Assembly (NCBI GenBank): GCA_021827745.1
Contig: JAKAUI010000058.1
Coordinates: 10,249 to 74,248, forward strand
DNA length: 64,000 nucleotides
Source: Bacillota bacterium
GTDB taxonomy: Bacteria; Bacillota; Sulfobacillia; JAJZYS01; JAJZLH01
Direction: 5' to 3'
Numbering within the stretch: the stretch's first letter is position 1; each line of letters starts with the position of its first letter. Shown here one piece after another: positions 27,737-40,988 of this stretch. The notes below the pieces were generated by a model, which searched no databases, was not told where the DNA came from, and worked only from the letters and a program-made list of their open reading frames with translations. The translations under genes and the position numbers were made by a program.

Positions 27737-29778
27737 CGACCCTGCTGATCGAGCTCGGCTGCGAGGAGCTGCCGGCGGCCGAACTGCGCGGCCTGGCCGA
27801 AAAGCTGGGTGCTGACCTCTTCCAGCTTCTGGCCGACAACGGGCTGACCAGTGCCAAGAGCGGGCGGAAGGTCTGGTCGACACCCAGGCGGCTTGGTGCA
27901 GAGATCAGCGCCCTAGAGCGCACAGCCGGCTCGACCAGCGAGTGGCGACGGGGACCGGCCGTGGCCCAGGCCAAGGGGCCGGACGGAGATTGGTCGGCGG
28001 CGGCCCGCGGCTTTGCGAAGAGCCTACAGACCACGCCGGAACAGCTCGAGCAGCGGGAGGCAGACGGCGGACGCTATCTGTTCGGCGAGCTGAGGAAGCC
28101 CGGGGCGGACCTGACCGAGCTTTTGGCCAAGGAGCTGGAGGGGCTGGTCAGCCGCCTGCCCAGGGGCCGGACCATGGTCTGGCAAGAAGACGGCATCCGC
28201 TTTGTGCGGCCGATCCGCTCGCTTCTGGTGCTCTTGGACGACGAACTGGTGCCGGTCCAGGTGGCGGGGGTGTCGTCTGGACGAACCAGCCCTGGCCGGC
28301 GCGGCGAGCCGGCGGTGGAGATCGAGGGGGCGCAGTCGTACCAGGCGGCCCTGGCCAAGGCCGGCGTGGTGATCGACCCCAGCTCGAGAAAAGACCAGCT
28401 GGTGGCGAAATGGCAGCGGCTGCTTATGCCAGGGGAGCGCTTCGATCAGGAGGATCCCTTGATCGATCTGGTGGTGGACCTGGTCGAAGGGGTCTCTGTG
28501 CTGCGCGGCCAGGCCGGCACTGTCTTTTCGGAGCTCCCGGAGCCGATCCTGCGGGCCGTGTTGGTCGATCAGCTCTACGTGGTGCCGATCGCCCAGGGGG
28601 AGGGCCTGGTGCCGGCCTTCTTGCTCGCCTACCAGAGCGGCGAGGAGGCCATCGTCCGCCAGGGCTTCGAGCGGGTCTTGGCCGCCCGGCTGGCCGACGC
28701 CCGCTTTTTCACCGCCGCAGACCTGGCTAAGCCACTCCTCGAGCATGCGAAGGGGCTTTCCAGCATCACCTTTCTTGGCCAGCTGGGCAGCCTTGAGGAC
28801 CGGCTGGAGCGGATCCAGGCCATGGCAGGGCGCATCGCCCGGGAGGCCGGGCTGCACCTTTCAGACGACGCCTTGGCTCAGGCGGTCCGCCTGGCCCTGG
28901 CCGATCGCGCCACCCAGGTGGTGGCCGAATGGCCGCAGTTGGCCGGCGTGATCGGCGCCACCTACGCCGCCGCCCAGGGGGTGGCCGAGCCGGTGGTCAC
29001 CGCCATCAGAGAAAGCGTGCTGCCGAGCGCGCCGGGCGGCGTCTTGCCGGCAAGCGATCTCGGCTGGACTTTGGCCGTCTGCCTGCGTGCCGACGAGCTC
29101 ATCGGAGGGTTCGTGGCCGGCCTTGAGCCGACCGGCAGTTCGGATCCGTTCGGGCTGCGGCGGACGGGGATCGCCCTGCTCAGCCTGCTCGCAGAACGGC
29201 GGCTTGGTTGGAAGGAGCTTCTGGCCGAGGCCGAGGCCGGGTACATGTTGCCGCCGGACCGGCGGGACGAGATTGCACAGAAGGTCGACCGCTTTCTGCG
29301 CGGCCGGCTGGAGGCCAGCTGGCGAGAGGCCGGCCATCGCCCGGAGGCGGTGGTCGCCACCCTCGGCACGCCGCTCTGTCACCCAACACTCTTGGCGAAG
29401 CGGCTTGCGGCCGTGGAGCAGATGTGGCAGGAGGCCTCCTTTGCGTCTTTGATCACGGTCTACCGCCGGGCCTCGCGCCTGGCGGAGGAGGGAGCGATCG
29501 ATCCGGCTCAGGGCGAAGAGGCCGTGCTCAAGAAGGCGATCGTGGACGCCGAGGTGGGGGTCGACCGCCAGTTGCGGGCCGGACAGGACCTGGCCGCGCT
29601 CGAGATCCTGGCCGGCCTGGAGGCGCCGCTTGAGCGCTTCTTCGACCAGGTGATGGTGATGGACCCCGACCCGGTGCGCCGCCGGGTGCGCCAGGCACTG
29701 CTGCACCGGGTGAAGGCGCTCTCGGACAGGCTGGTGGCGCTTTCGGCCCAGGCCGGCGGCCGCGAGGGCACGTCGTGA
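27733..29778 (+). CDS. glyS: Glycine--tRNA ligase beta subunit
   Basis: LLIELGCEELP, TPRRL, FVRPIR, ARLADARFF, PTGSSDPFGLRR; ATG overlaps the glyQ stop. Confidence 0.93.
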   Translation: MTTLLIELGCEELPAAELRGLAEKLGADLFQLLADNGLTSAKSGRKVWSTPRRLGAEISALERTAGSTSEWRRGPAVAQAKGPDGDWSAAARGFAKSLQTTPEQLEQREADGGRYLFGELRKPGADLTELLAKELEGLVSRLPRGRTMVWQEDGIRFVRPIRSLLVLLDDELVPVQVAGVSSGRTSPGRRGEPAVEIEGAQSYQAALAKAGVVIDPSSRKDQLVAKWQRLLMPGERFDQEDPLIDLVVDLVEGVSVLRGQAGTVFSELPEPILRAVLVDQLYVVPIAQGEGLVPAFLLAYQSGEEAIVRQGFERVLAARLADARFFTAADLAKPLLEHAKGLSSITFLGQLGSLEDRLERIQAMAGRIAREAGLHLSDDALAQAVRLALADRATQVVAEWPQLAGVIGATYAAAQGVAEPVVTAIRESVLPSAPGGVLPASDLGWTLAVCLRADELIGGFVAGLEPTGSSDPFGLRRTGIALLSLLAERRLGWKELLAEAEAGYMLPPDRRDEIAQKVDRFLRGRLEASWREAGHRPEAVVATLGTPLCHPTLLAKRLAAVEQMWQEASFASLITVYRRASRLAEEGAIDPAQGEEAVLKKAIVDAEVGVDRQLRAGQDLAALEILAGLEAPLERFFDQVMVMDPDPVRRRVRQALLHRVKALSDRLVALSAQAGGREGTS

Positions 29779-30583
29779 GCCGCGAGGTGGTGGTGGTCTC
29801 CGACTCGCTCGGCGAGACGGCCGAGGCGGTGGCCAAGGCCGCCCTCAGCCAGTTCGAGGAGGACGGGCTGAACATCAGAAAGTTCGCCCATGTCGACTCC
29901 GATCTCTCTCTGGCCCAGGTGCGGGAGTTTCTGACCGAAACCAGCCAGGCGATCGTGATCTACACCGTGGTGCTGCCAGCCGTGCGCGACCAGCTGAAGA
30001 CGCTTCTGCACGAACTGGGGATCTTGGGTGTGGACGTGCTCGGTCCGGCCCTGCAGGCGGTGGCCACCATCGCGCCGGGACCGCCGCGCCTGCAGGCCGG
30101 GTTGGTGCACATGCTGGACGAAGGGTACTTTCGGCGGGTGGCGGCCGTCGAGTTCGCCGTCCGCTATGACGACGGCAAGGAGCCGGCCGGATGTCTTTTG
30201 GCCGACGTCGTGATCCTGGGCGTGTCCCGGTCTTCGAAGACGCCGCTTTCCATGTACCTGGCCCACCGCCAGGTGCGGGTGGCCAACATCCCGCTGGTGC
30301 CGGAGGTGGCGCTGCCCCAGGAACTGTACGAGGTGTCGCCGGAGAAGATCGTCGGGCTGATGGTCCAGCCGGACGACCTGCTCTTGATCAGAAGCGCCCG
30401 CCTGCGGGCGATGGGGGTGGCCGGACCGAGCCGCTACGCCGATCTGGAGCGGATCTTGGAGGAGATCGAATACGCCGAGAAGATCTATCGCAAGCTGGGC
30501 TGCCACGTCTTGGACGTCACCCACCGGGCGGTGGAGGAGACGGCGGGGCTGATCATCGAACTGGTGCAAAGGGGTGGTCAGCG

Positions 30584-30587
<4 letters not shown>
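29775..30587 (+). CDS. Pyruvate,phosphate dikinase regulatory protein (PSRP / DUF299 kinase-pyrophosphorylase)
   Basis: SDSLGETAE, YFRRVAAVEFAVRYDDG, GVSRSSKTPLSMYLA. Confidence 0.92.
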
Positions 30588-33232
<2,645 letters not shown>

Positions 33233-34229
33233 GACGGGCGGCGCCTGCCTCAGGGCGGACTGGGAGGCCTGGGAGAACGCCGCCCTGTCCCCGCACGCTG
33301 CCCGGGCCAGCGAGAGCCGCGGCCGGGAGCGCCCGGAGGAGGAGGATGCGATCCGCACCGCCTTTCAGCGCGACCGCGACCGCATCATCCACTCCAAGGC
33401 CTTTCGGCGGCTGAAGGACAAGACCCAGGTCTTTCTGGCCGCTGAGGGCGACCACTACCGCACCCGCCTCACCCACACGCTCGAGGTCGCCCAAATCGCC
33501 CGCACCATTGCCCGGGCGCTTCGGCTGAACGAAGACCTGACCGAGGCCGTGGCCCTCGGCCACGACCTCGGTCACACGCCCTTTGGCCATGCCGGAGAAG
33601 ACGTGCTGACAACGCTCTATCCCGGCGGCTTTCGCCACAACGAGCAGAGCCTGCGCGTGGTGGAGGTCTTGGAGCGGCCGGGCGGGTTGAATCTGACCTT
33701 CGAGGTCAGAGACGGGATCTTGAACCACATCGCGGCCGGCACGCCGGCCACCTTGGAGGCGCGGGTGGTCCACTTCTCAGACCGCATCGCTTATGTAAAC
33801 CACGACATCGACGACGCTCTGCGCGGCCAGGTGCTGGCCGAAGAGGAGATTCCAAGCGCCATCTTGGACGTCTTGGGCCGCACCCACGCCCAGCGCATCT
33901 CCACCCTGGTCCAAGACCTCGTGGCCAGCTCTTACGGACAAGAGAGGATCATGCTCTCGCCGGCCCGCCAGGATGCGCTCTCTGGCCTGCGCACGTTCTT
34001 GTTCGAGCGGGTGTATGTCGGATCGGACGCCAAGCGCGAAGAGGAGAAGGCCAAGGGGGTGGTCTCGGCCCTCTACCAGGCCTATCTGGCCGATGTGGAC
34101 CGGGCTCCGGGCAAAGACGGCAAAGAGGCCGTGCGCGACTACGTGGCCGGCATGACCGACCGCTTTGCGATCGCCGCCTTTCGCCGCATGTTCGTGCCCA
34201 AAGAGTTTCGCCCAGACGACTGACGGAGG

Positions 34230-35943
34230 TTGAACGTGCCCTCATCGCAGGACCTGGTGGCTGAGATCAGGAGCCGGGCCCCGATCGCAGAGGTGGTCGG
34301 GGAGACGGTGGCGCTGCGCCGCCAGGGGCGGCGCCTGGCCGGGCTGTGCCCCTTTCACTCCGAAAGGACGCCGTCCTTCAGCGTCGACCCAGAGCGCGGG
34401 CTGTTCTACTGCTTTGGCTGTCAGGCCGGCGGCGACGTCTTCGCCTTTGTGATGCGCCGAGACGGGATCGGTTTTCGCGACGCCCTCGTCCAGCTGGCCG
34501 AGCGGACCGGGGTGACGCTGCCGGAAGAGACGTCCGAGCGCCATCGGGAGCTGGACGCCGTGCGCCGGGTGCTGGAGGCGGCGGCTGCCGCCTATGAGCA
34601 GGCGCTTTCGGCAGCGGTCGGGAAGGCAGCCCGGGACTATCTGGACAGCCGCCAGATCGGCCAAGCGGCGCGCACCACCTTTCGTCTCGGCTACGCCCCT
34701 GAGGGACCGGACTGGCTGCTCGCCACCTTGCGAAAGGGTGGCTTCGACCCGGGGCTGATCATGCGGGCCGGCCTCGCCCAAGACGGCCGCCAGGGCCAGG
34801 CCATCGACCGGCTGCGCCACCGCCTCGTCTACCCGATTCGGGACCGGCGGGGCCAGGTGGTGGGCTTTGGCGGGCGGGCGCTAGAGAGCGCCCAGCAGCC
34901 AAAGTACCTGAACTCGCCGGAGACAGAGCTCTTTCACAAAGGCCGCACGCTCTACGACCTGACCGTGGCGACCGGCGAGTGGCGAGAGGGGCGCCAGGCG
35001 GTCTTGGTCGAGGGCTACATGGACGTGATCGCCCTCCATCAGGCCGGGGTCAAGGGGGCGGTGGCGTCGCTCGGCACTGCCCTCACAGAAGAGCAGGTGC
35101 GGATTCTCGCCCAGGCGGTGGACCAGGTGGTGGTCGCCTACGACGCCGATGCCGCCGGCGAGCACGCCACAAGCCGCGGGCTCTGGCTTCTGGCCGGATC
35201 CGGGGTGGCGGCACGGGTGGTGCGCCTTCCAGCCGGAGAAGACCCGGACTCCGTGATCCAAAAGGGCGGCGAAGACGCCTGGACCTCGGCGGTGGACGCT
35301 GCCCGCCGCCTGATCGACGCCCTGACCGACCAGGCGCTTGAAGACGCCGACCTGACCACACCCCGCGGCAAGAGGCAGGCGGCGCAGGCGGTGTTGCCCG
35401 GCATCTTGCAGCTGAGAAGCCCGCTCGAGCAGAACGAGGAGATCCAGCGCCTCTCCCAGCGCCTGGGGGTGGAAGAGCGGGGGCTGTGGCAGGAGGCGAG
35501 GAAACTCGGCGCGCCCCAGGTCCGGCTTGCCTCCCGAACAGCGGGCCCGGCGGCCGGGGCGGGCAAGGTCGACCGCCAGCGTTTGATCGAAGAGGAAATT
35601 TTGCGCATCTTGGTGCAGGAACCGGAGCGCGCCTCGCAAATGACTGATCTTCGGTTTGAAACACCAGGCGCCGACCTGGTGGTTCGCGATTGTCTCCTGG
35701 GTGCCGATCCCGCTCGCAACGAGAGCGCCGAGGCGGCGCAGCTTTGGGCGCGCATCTCGGTCGGCGATGGGCCGGTCGGGACCTGGGAGGCGCTCTATCG
35801 GGAATGGCTCGGTGAAGGAAGGAAACGGAGACTTAGGGAACTTCAAGAGCAGGTGCGGCAGAAGGAAGCCGGAGGCGAACCTGTGCCGGCCAGCCTGCTC
35901 AAGGAGCTTTCGGAACTGAAGCAGGAGGACGAGCGCAGTCGCC

Positions 35944-35951
<8 letters not shown>
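34230..35951 (+). CDS. dnaG: DNA primase
   Basis: [11 protein letters not shown]...CFGC zinc finger, [28 protein letters not shown]. Confidence 0.96.
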
Positions 35952-37041
<1,090 letters not shown>

Positions 37042-37467
37042 ACTAGCCTCACTCATCGCATAGGCGGGATCGGGCGGCGGCCCTTGCGCCGCTCGTGAGG
37101 AGTCTGGCCGCAGTGACCACACCCACGGCAACGGGCGGCGAGTAATTTGAAGTGACAGACTGCAGTCGAGGTGGAGAGACCGCCGCGACGCATCTGTCTT
37201 GAGATATGCGCAGGCCAGGCTGTCGATCCTGTGCTGCGCCAGCCATCTCTGGGGCCAAGAGAGCCAAGGCGGCCGTTGATCGTCGCGACCAAGAGCGGAT
37301 TGCGGTTGCTCTGAGTCAATCGGCGCGGTGATACGTCGTTGCGTCGACAGAGGTGCCCAGACACGAAAGCCGCGAACTATCTTGTCCTGGACCACGCAAC
37401 GGGCGAACCTCAGATGCGACTGCACGGGCGTGGCACGTGAAGGCGGCAGGTGATCCCAGTCAAGAAC

Positions 37468-37512
37468 GACTTTACGAGAAAACACAGACTTACCGAGAAA
37501 ACAGCGTATAAT
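37468..37512 (+). promoter_or_regulatory. Direct-repeat operator and -10 box upstream of the AbrB/PIN operon
   Basis: gactttacgagaaaac (37468) and gacttaccgagaaaac (37487), followed by TATAAT at 37507. Confidence 0.5.
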
Positions 37513-37531
37513 TGTAGAAGGAGGGGAGAGC

Positions 37532-37792
37532 ATGGATATGCCCAGAATCGGAGAGAAGGGTCAGATTGTTCTTCCTAAGTCAGTGCGGGAAGCACTGCAC
37601 GTGGTACCGGGTGACCGCATCGCCTTTAGCGTGGACGGGATGAGAGCCATCCTGGCTCCGGTGCATGCCAAGACCGCAGCTGAACTGCGGGGAATCCTGG
37701 CCACGGACCACCCGGTTGACCTGAAGTCAGGACGCCGAGAGTACCAGTCAGACCTGGTGGACAAGCTGAGTCGAGTTAAGTCCAAGGCATGA
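37532..37792 (+). CDS. AbrB/MazE/SpoVT-family antitoxin (VapB-like)
   Basis: RIGEKGQIVLPKSVREAL...PGDRIAF; strong RBS; overlaps the PIN gene. Confidence 0.88.
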   Translation: MDMPRIGEKGQIVLPKSVREALHVVPGDRIAFSVDGMRAILAPVHAKTAAELRGILATDHPVDLKSGRREYQSDLVDKLSRVKSKA

Positions 37793-38202
37793 TCTTCTAC
37801 CTGGATGCCAACATCGTTTTGCGCCTGCTCCTGGGCACTCCGGAAGACCAGTCTCGTCAGGCTGCAGAACTCTTCGCACAAGCGTCCCAGGGCCGATACA
37901 AACTTGTTGTCCATCCGGCCGTCTTGGCCGAGGTCATCTACGTCTTGCTTTCCCCGCGTCAGGCAGGGAAAGAGAGAGCCGACATTGCCTCCGCCTTGCG
38001 ACAACTGGCGGCACTTCCAGGCGTCGAAATCGGAGACTTGAAGCAGACGTTGGCCGGACTGAGCCTGTTTGAGTCCACGGATCTGGACTGGGTGGACTGT
38101 CTGCTTCTCGGCTGTGGCCAGGCAGGGCAGGTGGTCAGCTTCGACACGGAAATGGTGGGGCTAGGCGCCCGCAACCCGGCCGAGATTACGGCCGAAGACT
38201 GA
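37789..38202 (+). CDS. vapC: PIN-domain toxin (VapC-like)
   Basis: LDANIVLR, LAEV, DWVDC, SFD acidic PIN residues; ATGA overlap. Confidence 0.85.
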   Translation: MIFYLDANIVLRLLLGTPEDQSRQAAELFAQASQGRYKLVVHPAVLAEVIYVLLSPRQAGKERADIASALRQLAALPGVEIGDLKQTLAGLSLFESTDLDWVDCLLLGCGQAGQVVSFDTEMVGLGARNPAEITAED

Positions 38203-38285
38203 CTCGGTGACACGGCCTAGGGCGACCACCGTCTTGGGGGATCGGTTCACCCCCTAGGCGCATCGGCTCATGGTATCCTGGCGAC

Positions 38286-39239
38286 ATGTCAACATCTGCT
38301 CTGGCCGCCCGCCTGCGCCAGCACGGACGCCCGCTCCTGGTTGAAGCGGTCTCGCTCCGCGAGCCAGGTACAGACGAGGTGCTGGTAGAGCTCGCCTATG
38401 CGGCGATCAACCCGGTGGACCGCTACGTGGCAGCTGGCCGGGTGGCTTCTGATGCCTCATTGCCGCGCATCCTCGGTTCGGAGGCATCCGGAAGTCTGGA
38501 TGGCGCCCCGGTCCTCGTCTGCGGACACGACCTGGGAAGAGCGAAAGACGGGCTGTGGGCGACGGCGGCGGTGGTGCCCCGAGCAGCCGTGACTCCCCTG
38601 CCGGCTGGCGTCGACTTAAAGCAGGCGGCGGCGATGGGTGTGGCCGGGGTCACGGCCTGGACGGTCGTCAGCCAGCTGGCCAAGGTCGCGCCAGACGACC
38701 GGGTGCTGGTGCTGGGAGCGAGCGGCGGGGTCGGGTCCATCGCCGTCTCCCTGATCCGCTCGATCGGCGCCAAGGTGTGGGGCCAGACCGAGGATGCGAA
38801 GAAACGGGCCTGGATCTCGGCTCGCGGCGCCGACCAGGTGGTGGTGACAGGGAGCGCTGGACTGGTGGAGGCCCTGGCGGGGCTCAACCCGACCGTGGTG
38901 CTGGACCCATTGGGCGGAGCCTATACCGGTCCTGCGATCACGGCCCTGGAGCCCTTTGGGCGGCTCGTCATCTTTGGCACCTCGGCCGGGCTGCGCGGCG
39001 AGATCGGCATCCAGGAGCTCTACCGCAAGGCGATCACCGTGCGAACCTATTCCGGGCTGATCGAACCGTCGGACAGATTGGCCCTGGGTGTGGCGGGTGC
39101 ACTCTCTGCCCTGGCCGCAGGACAACTGCGAGTCAGCGTGGACAGCGTGATGGCCCTGGCCGAGGTGAATGAGGCCCTGGCCCGCCAGGCGGGGCGCGAG
39201 GTGCTGGGCAAGCTGGTGCTCGACTTGCGCCAGGTCTGA
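38286..39239 (+). CDS. NADPH:quinone oxidoreductase / MDR (zinc-binding ADH) family
   Basis: AAINPVD, LPRILGSEASG, VLVLGASGGVG. Confidence 0.87.
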   Translation: MSTSALAARLRQHGRPLLVEAVSLREPGTDEVLVELAYAAINPVDRYVAAGRVASDASLPRILGSEASGSLDGAPVLVCGHDLGRAKDGLWATAAVVPRAAVTPLPAGVDLKQAAAMGVAGVTAWTVVSQLAKVAPDDRVLVLGASGGVGSIAVSLIRSIGAKVWGQTEDAKKRAWISARGADQVVVTGSAGLVEALAGLNPTVVLDPLGGAYTGPAITALEPFGRLVIFGTSAGLRGEIGIQELYRKAITVRTYSGLIEPSDRLALGVAGALSALAAGQLRVSVDSVMALAEVNEALARQAGREVLGKLVLDLRQV

Positions 39240-39327
39240 ATCTGGGGCACTCGGATCCGCCGATCAGTAGTTTGGGGACGCAGCGCCACGGGCGGGCACC
39301 ACAGTTGTGAGCCCCATCGTGCGCGGC

Positions 39328-39357
39328 TTGACGCTCCCACTCGCCATCTCGTAGGAT
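39328..39357 (+). promoter_or_regulatory. SigA-type promoter of the tRNA cluster
   Basis: TTGACG-N18-TAGGAT, ending 22 nt before tRNA-Asn. Confidence 0.55.
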
Positions 39358-39379
39358 CAAATCGTTGGGACGGCAAGAT

Positions 39380-39454
39380 TCCTCGATAGCTCAATGGTAG
39401 AGCATCCGGCTGTTAACCGGAGGGTTGTAGGTTCGAGTCCTACTCGAGGAGCCA
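39380..39454 (+). tRNA. tRNA-Asn(GTT)
   Basis: Cloverleaf TCCTCGA/TCGAGGA, anticodon loop CT-GTT-AA, GGTTCGAGTCC, encoded CCA. Confidence 0.95.
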
Positions 39455-39467
39455 GTTTAGGCTTGGT

Positions 39468-39542
39468 GGGCCCATAGCTCAGTGGTAGAGCCGCCGGCTC
39501 ATAACCGGTAGGTCGCATGTTCGAATCATGCTGGGCCCACCA
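39468..39542 (+). tRNA. tRNA with CAT anticodon, most likely tRNA-Ile2 (lysidine-modified)
   Basis: GGGCCCA/TGGGCCC acceptor, CT-CAT-AA loop, encoded CCA; lacks the initiator C1:A72 mismatch and GGG/CCC anticodon stem; Ile2 versus elongator Met is inference. Confidence 0.9.
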
Positions 39543-39553
39543 CAATCGCATAG

Positions 39554-39628
39554 GGGCGCGTAGCTCAGGGGTAGAGCGCTTGACTCACATTCAAGAGGTC
39601 GCAGGTTCGAAACCTGCCGTGCCCACCA
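39554..39628 (+). tRNA. tRNA-Val(CAC)
   Basis: GGGCGCG/CGTGCCC acceptor, CTTGA-CT-CAC-AT-TCAAG, GGTTCGAAACC, encoded CCA. Confidence 0.94.
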
Positions 39629-39678
39629 GATCGAAACTCACTACCTGTTAAAAAGGTGGTGAGTTTTGTATATGTCGG

Positions 39679-39712
39679 TTGTCCCATGCAGCGCATGGAC
39701 GTACAATGTACG
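39679..39712 (+). promoter_or_regulatory. Promoter/operator of the TacAT-like operon
   Basis: TTGTCC-N17-TACAAT, with palindrome CGTACAATGTACG (39700-39712) over the -10 box. Confidence 0.6.
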
Positions 39713-39728
39713 GCAGGGGGTCGAGACC

Positions 39729-40010
39729 ATGTCCCAACAATTGCGGCGACGTAGTCGCCGGATCGAACTCCGTGCCACACCCGAGGAGAGGTCTCTGCTC
39801 GATCACGCTGTTGCCGTTACGGGCATGGCTCTGACAGAATTCGTCGTCGACAACGCCTGCGAGGCCGCGCGGCGCGTTCTTGCTGATCGGCAGCAATTTG
39901 AAATGGATGACAGGGCCCTGATCGCCTGGGAGGCACTGAATCAGCGACCGGCGAGGGATCTACCGGGACTCCGGAAACTGATGCAGCGACCGACGCCGTT
40001 TGTGCGGTGA
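39729..40010 (+). CDS. DUF1778 ribbon-helix-helix antitoxin (TacA/AtaR-like)
   Basis: RIELRATPEERSLL..A..G..LTEFV...A.RVL; overlaps the GNAT gene. Confidence 0.87.
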   Translation: MSQQLRRRSRRIELRATPEERSLLDHAVAVTGMALTEFVVDNACEAARRVLADRQQFEMDDRALIAWEALNQRPARDLPGLRKLMQRPTPFVR

Positions 40011-40522
40011 GCGGCGGCTATCTTGCGCCGAGCCTCTTGACGGCCGCTCACGACGTCACCGCGTTTGAGTGCCGTTCCACGGAGCAGACGCAGTGGCTGC
40101 GAAGATTCGCCAAGCATTCCACGGACCAAGGGACGACCAGGGTTCTGGTCGTGACGGAGGACGGCAGCACGGAGGTAGTTGCGTACTACGCCTGGTGCAT
40201 GGCACAGATCCGACTTGCTGCTTCGACCGAGCGCCTGAGAAAGGGCGCCGGCCAGTATCCGCAACCTGTAGCCCTGTTGGCACGGCTCGGGGTCGACATG
40301 CGACACGAGCATCAGGGGCTCGGAGCTGCGCTCCTGCAAGATGTCTTTGCTCGCCTCCTTGAGTTATCCGAAGACATCGGCTGCCGAGGACTGCTTGTTC
40401 ATGCCGAATCTGAAGAGGCGCGCCGCTTCTACCTACACCTCGTCCCCGACTTCGAATCCAGCCCGCTCGACCAGCTCGACCTCATGCTCCTCATGAAAGA
40501 CATCCGGCGTTCCCTGCGTTGA
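40007..40522 (+). CDS. GNAT acetyltransferase toxin (TacT/AtaT-like)
   Basis: HDVTAFEC, VVAYYA, PVALLARLGVD...QGLGAALL, LLVHAESEEARRFY. Confidence 0.87.
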   Translation: MSGGYLAPSLLTAAHDVTAFECRSTEQTQWLRRFAKHSTDQGTTRVLVVTEDGSTEVVAYYAWCMAQIRLAASTERLRKGAGQYPQPVALLARLGVDMRHEHQGLGAALLQDVFARLLELSEDIGCRGLLVHAESEEARRFYLHLVPDFESSPLDQLDLMLLMKDIRRSLR

Positions 40523-40865
40523 TCCTGTACGGGCGAATGCGCGGCCGACGGCTGCGTCGTAATCCTTCAAGCGATTTTGGCGACGCGGCTACAACCGAGC
40601 CTAGCCCTTGAGAACTCAGGACCCAGGGCCCGCGCGAAGCGCTCCCAGGGAGCCGCCACCTACCCCGATCACAGACTCCGGAGAGGGGTGCCGAGCAGAT
40701 GCTAAAGCGACAGTTCCGTCCGGTCGCGGCCGGTCACCAACCGATGCTGAACGGACTCTGACCTGCCGAAAACGGCGCATGTTTGTGAACGGAAACACTT
40801 ACTCTGCCGTCGGTCATCCAGGGAGGAGTTGCGGGAGTCGGGCCGAAATGACCCCACGTTTACAA

Positions 40866-40885
40866 GGATGCAATCGATTTCATAG
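40866..40885. promoter_or_regulatory. LacI-family operator 1 (GGATGCAATCGATTTCATAG)
   Basis: TGnAAnCGnTTnCA palindrome between TTTACA and CATAGT promoter-like boxes; near-identical copy at 48367. Confidence 0.7.
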
Positions 40886-40988
40886 TGGGAGGTGAGGACG
40901 CTCAAGGCTGGGATCCAGGGCGGGGAATTCCTCGCAGTCGACCGGTGAAGACGCAGGCTACTGGCCTGCAGCTAAGGGAGGGACCCGT

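Noticed and set aside
37071-37095. Hairpin after sigA as an intrinsic terminator
   Set aside because: The 9-bp stem has no T-tract, so support is too weak.
37100-37460. ncRNA or gene remnant between sigA and the AbrB gene
   Set aside because: No recognisable RNA motif, long stem or protein similarity by eye.
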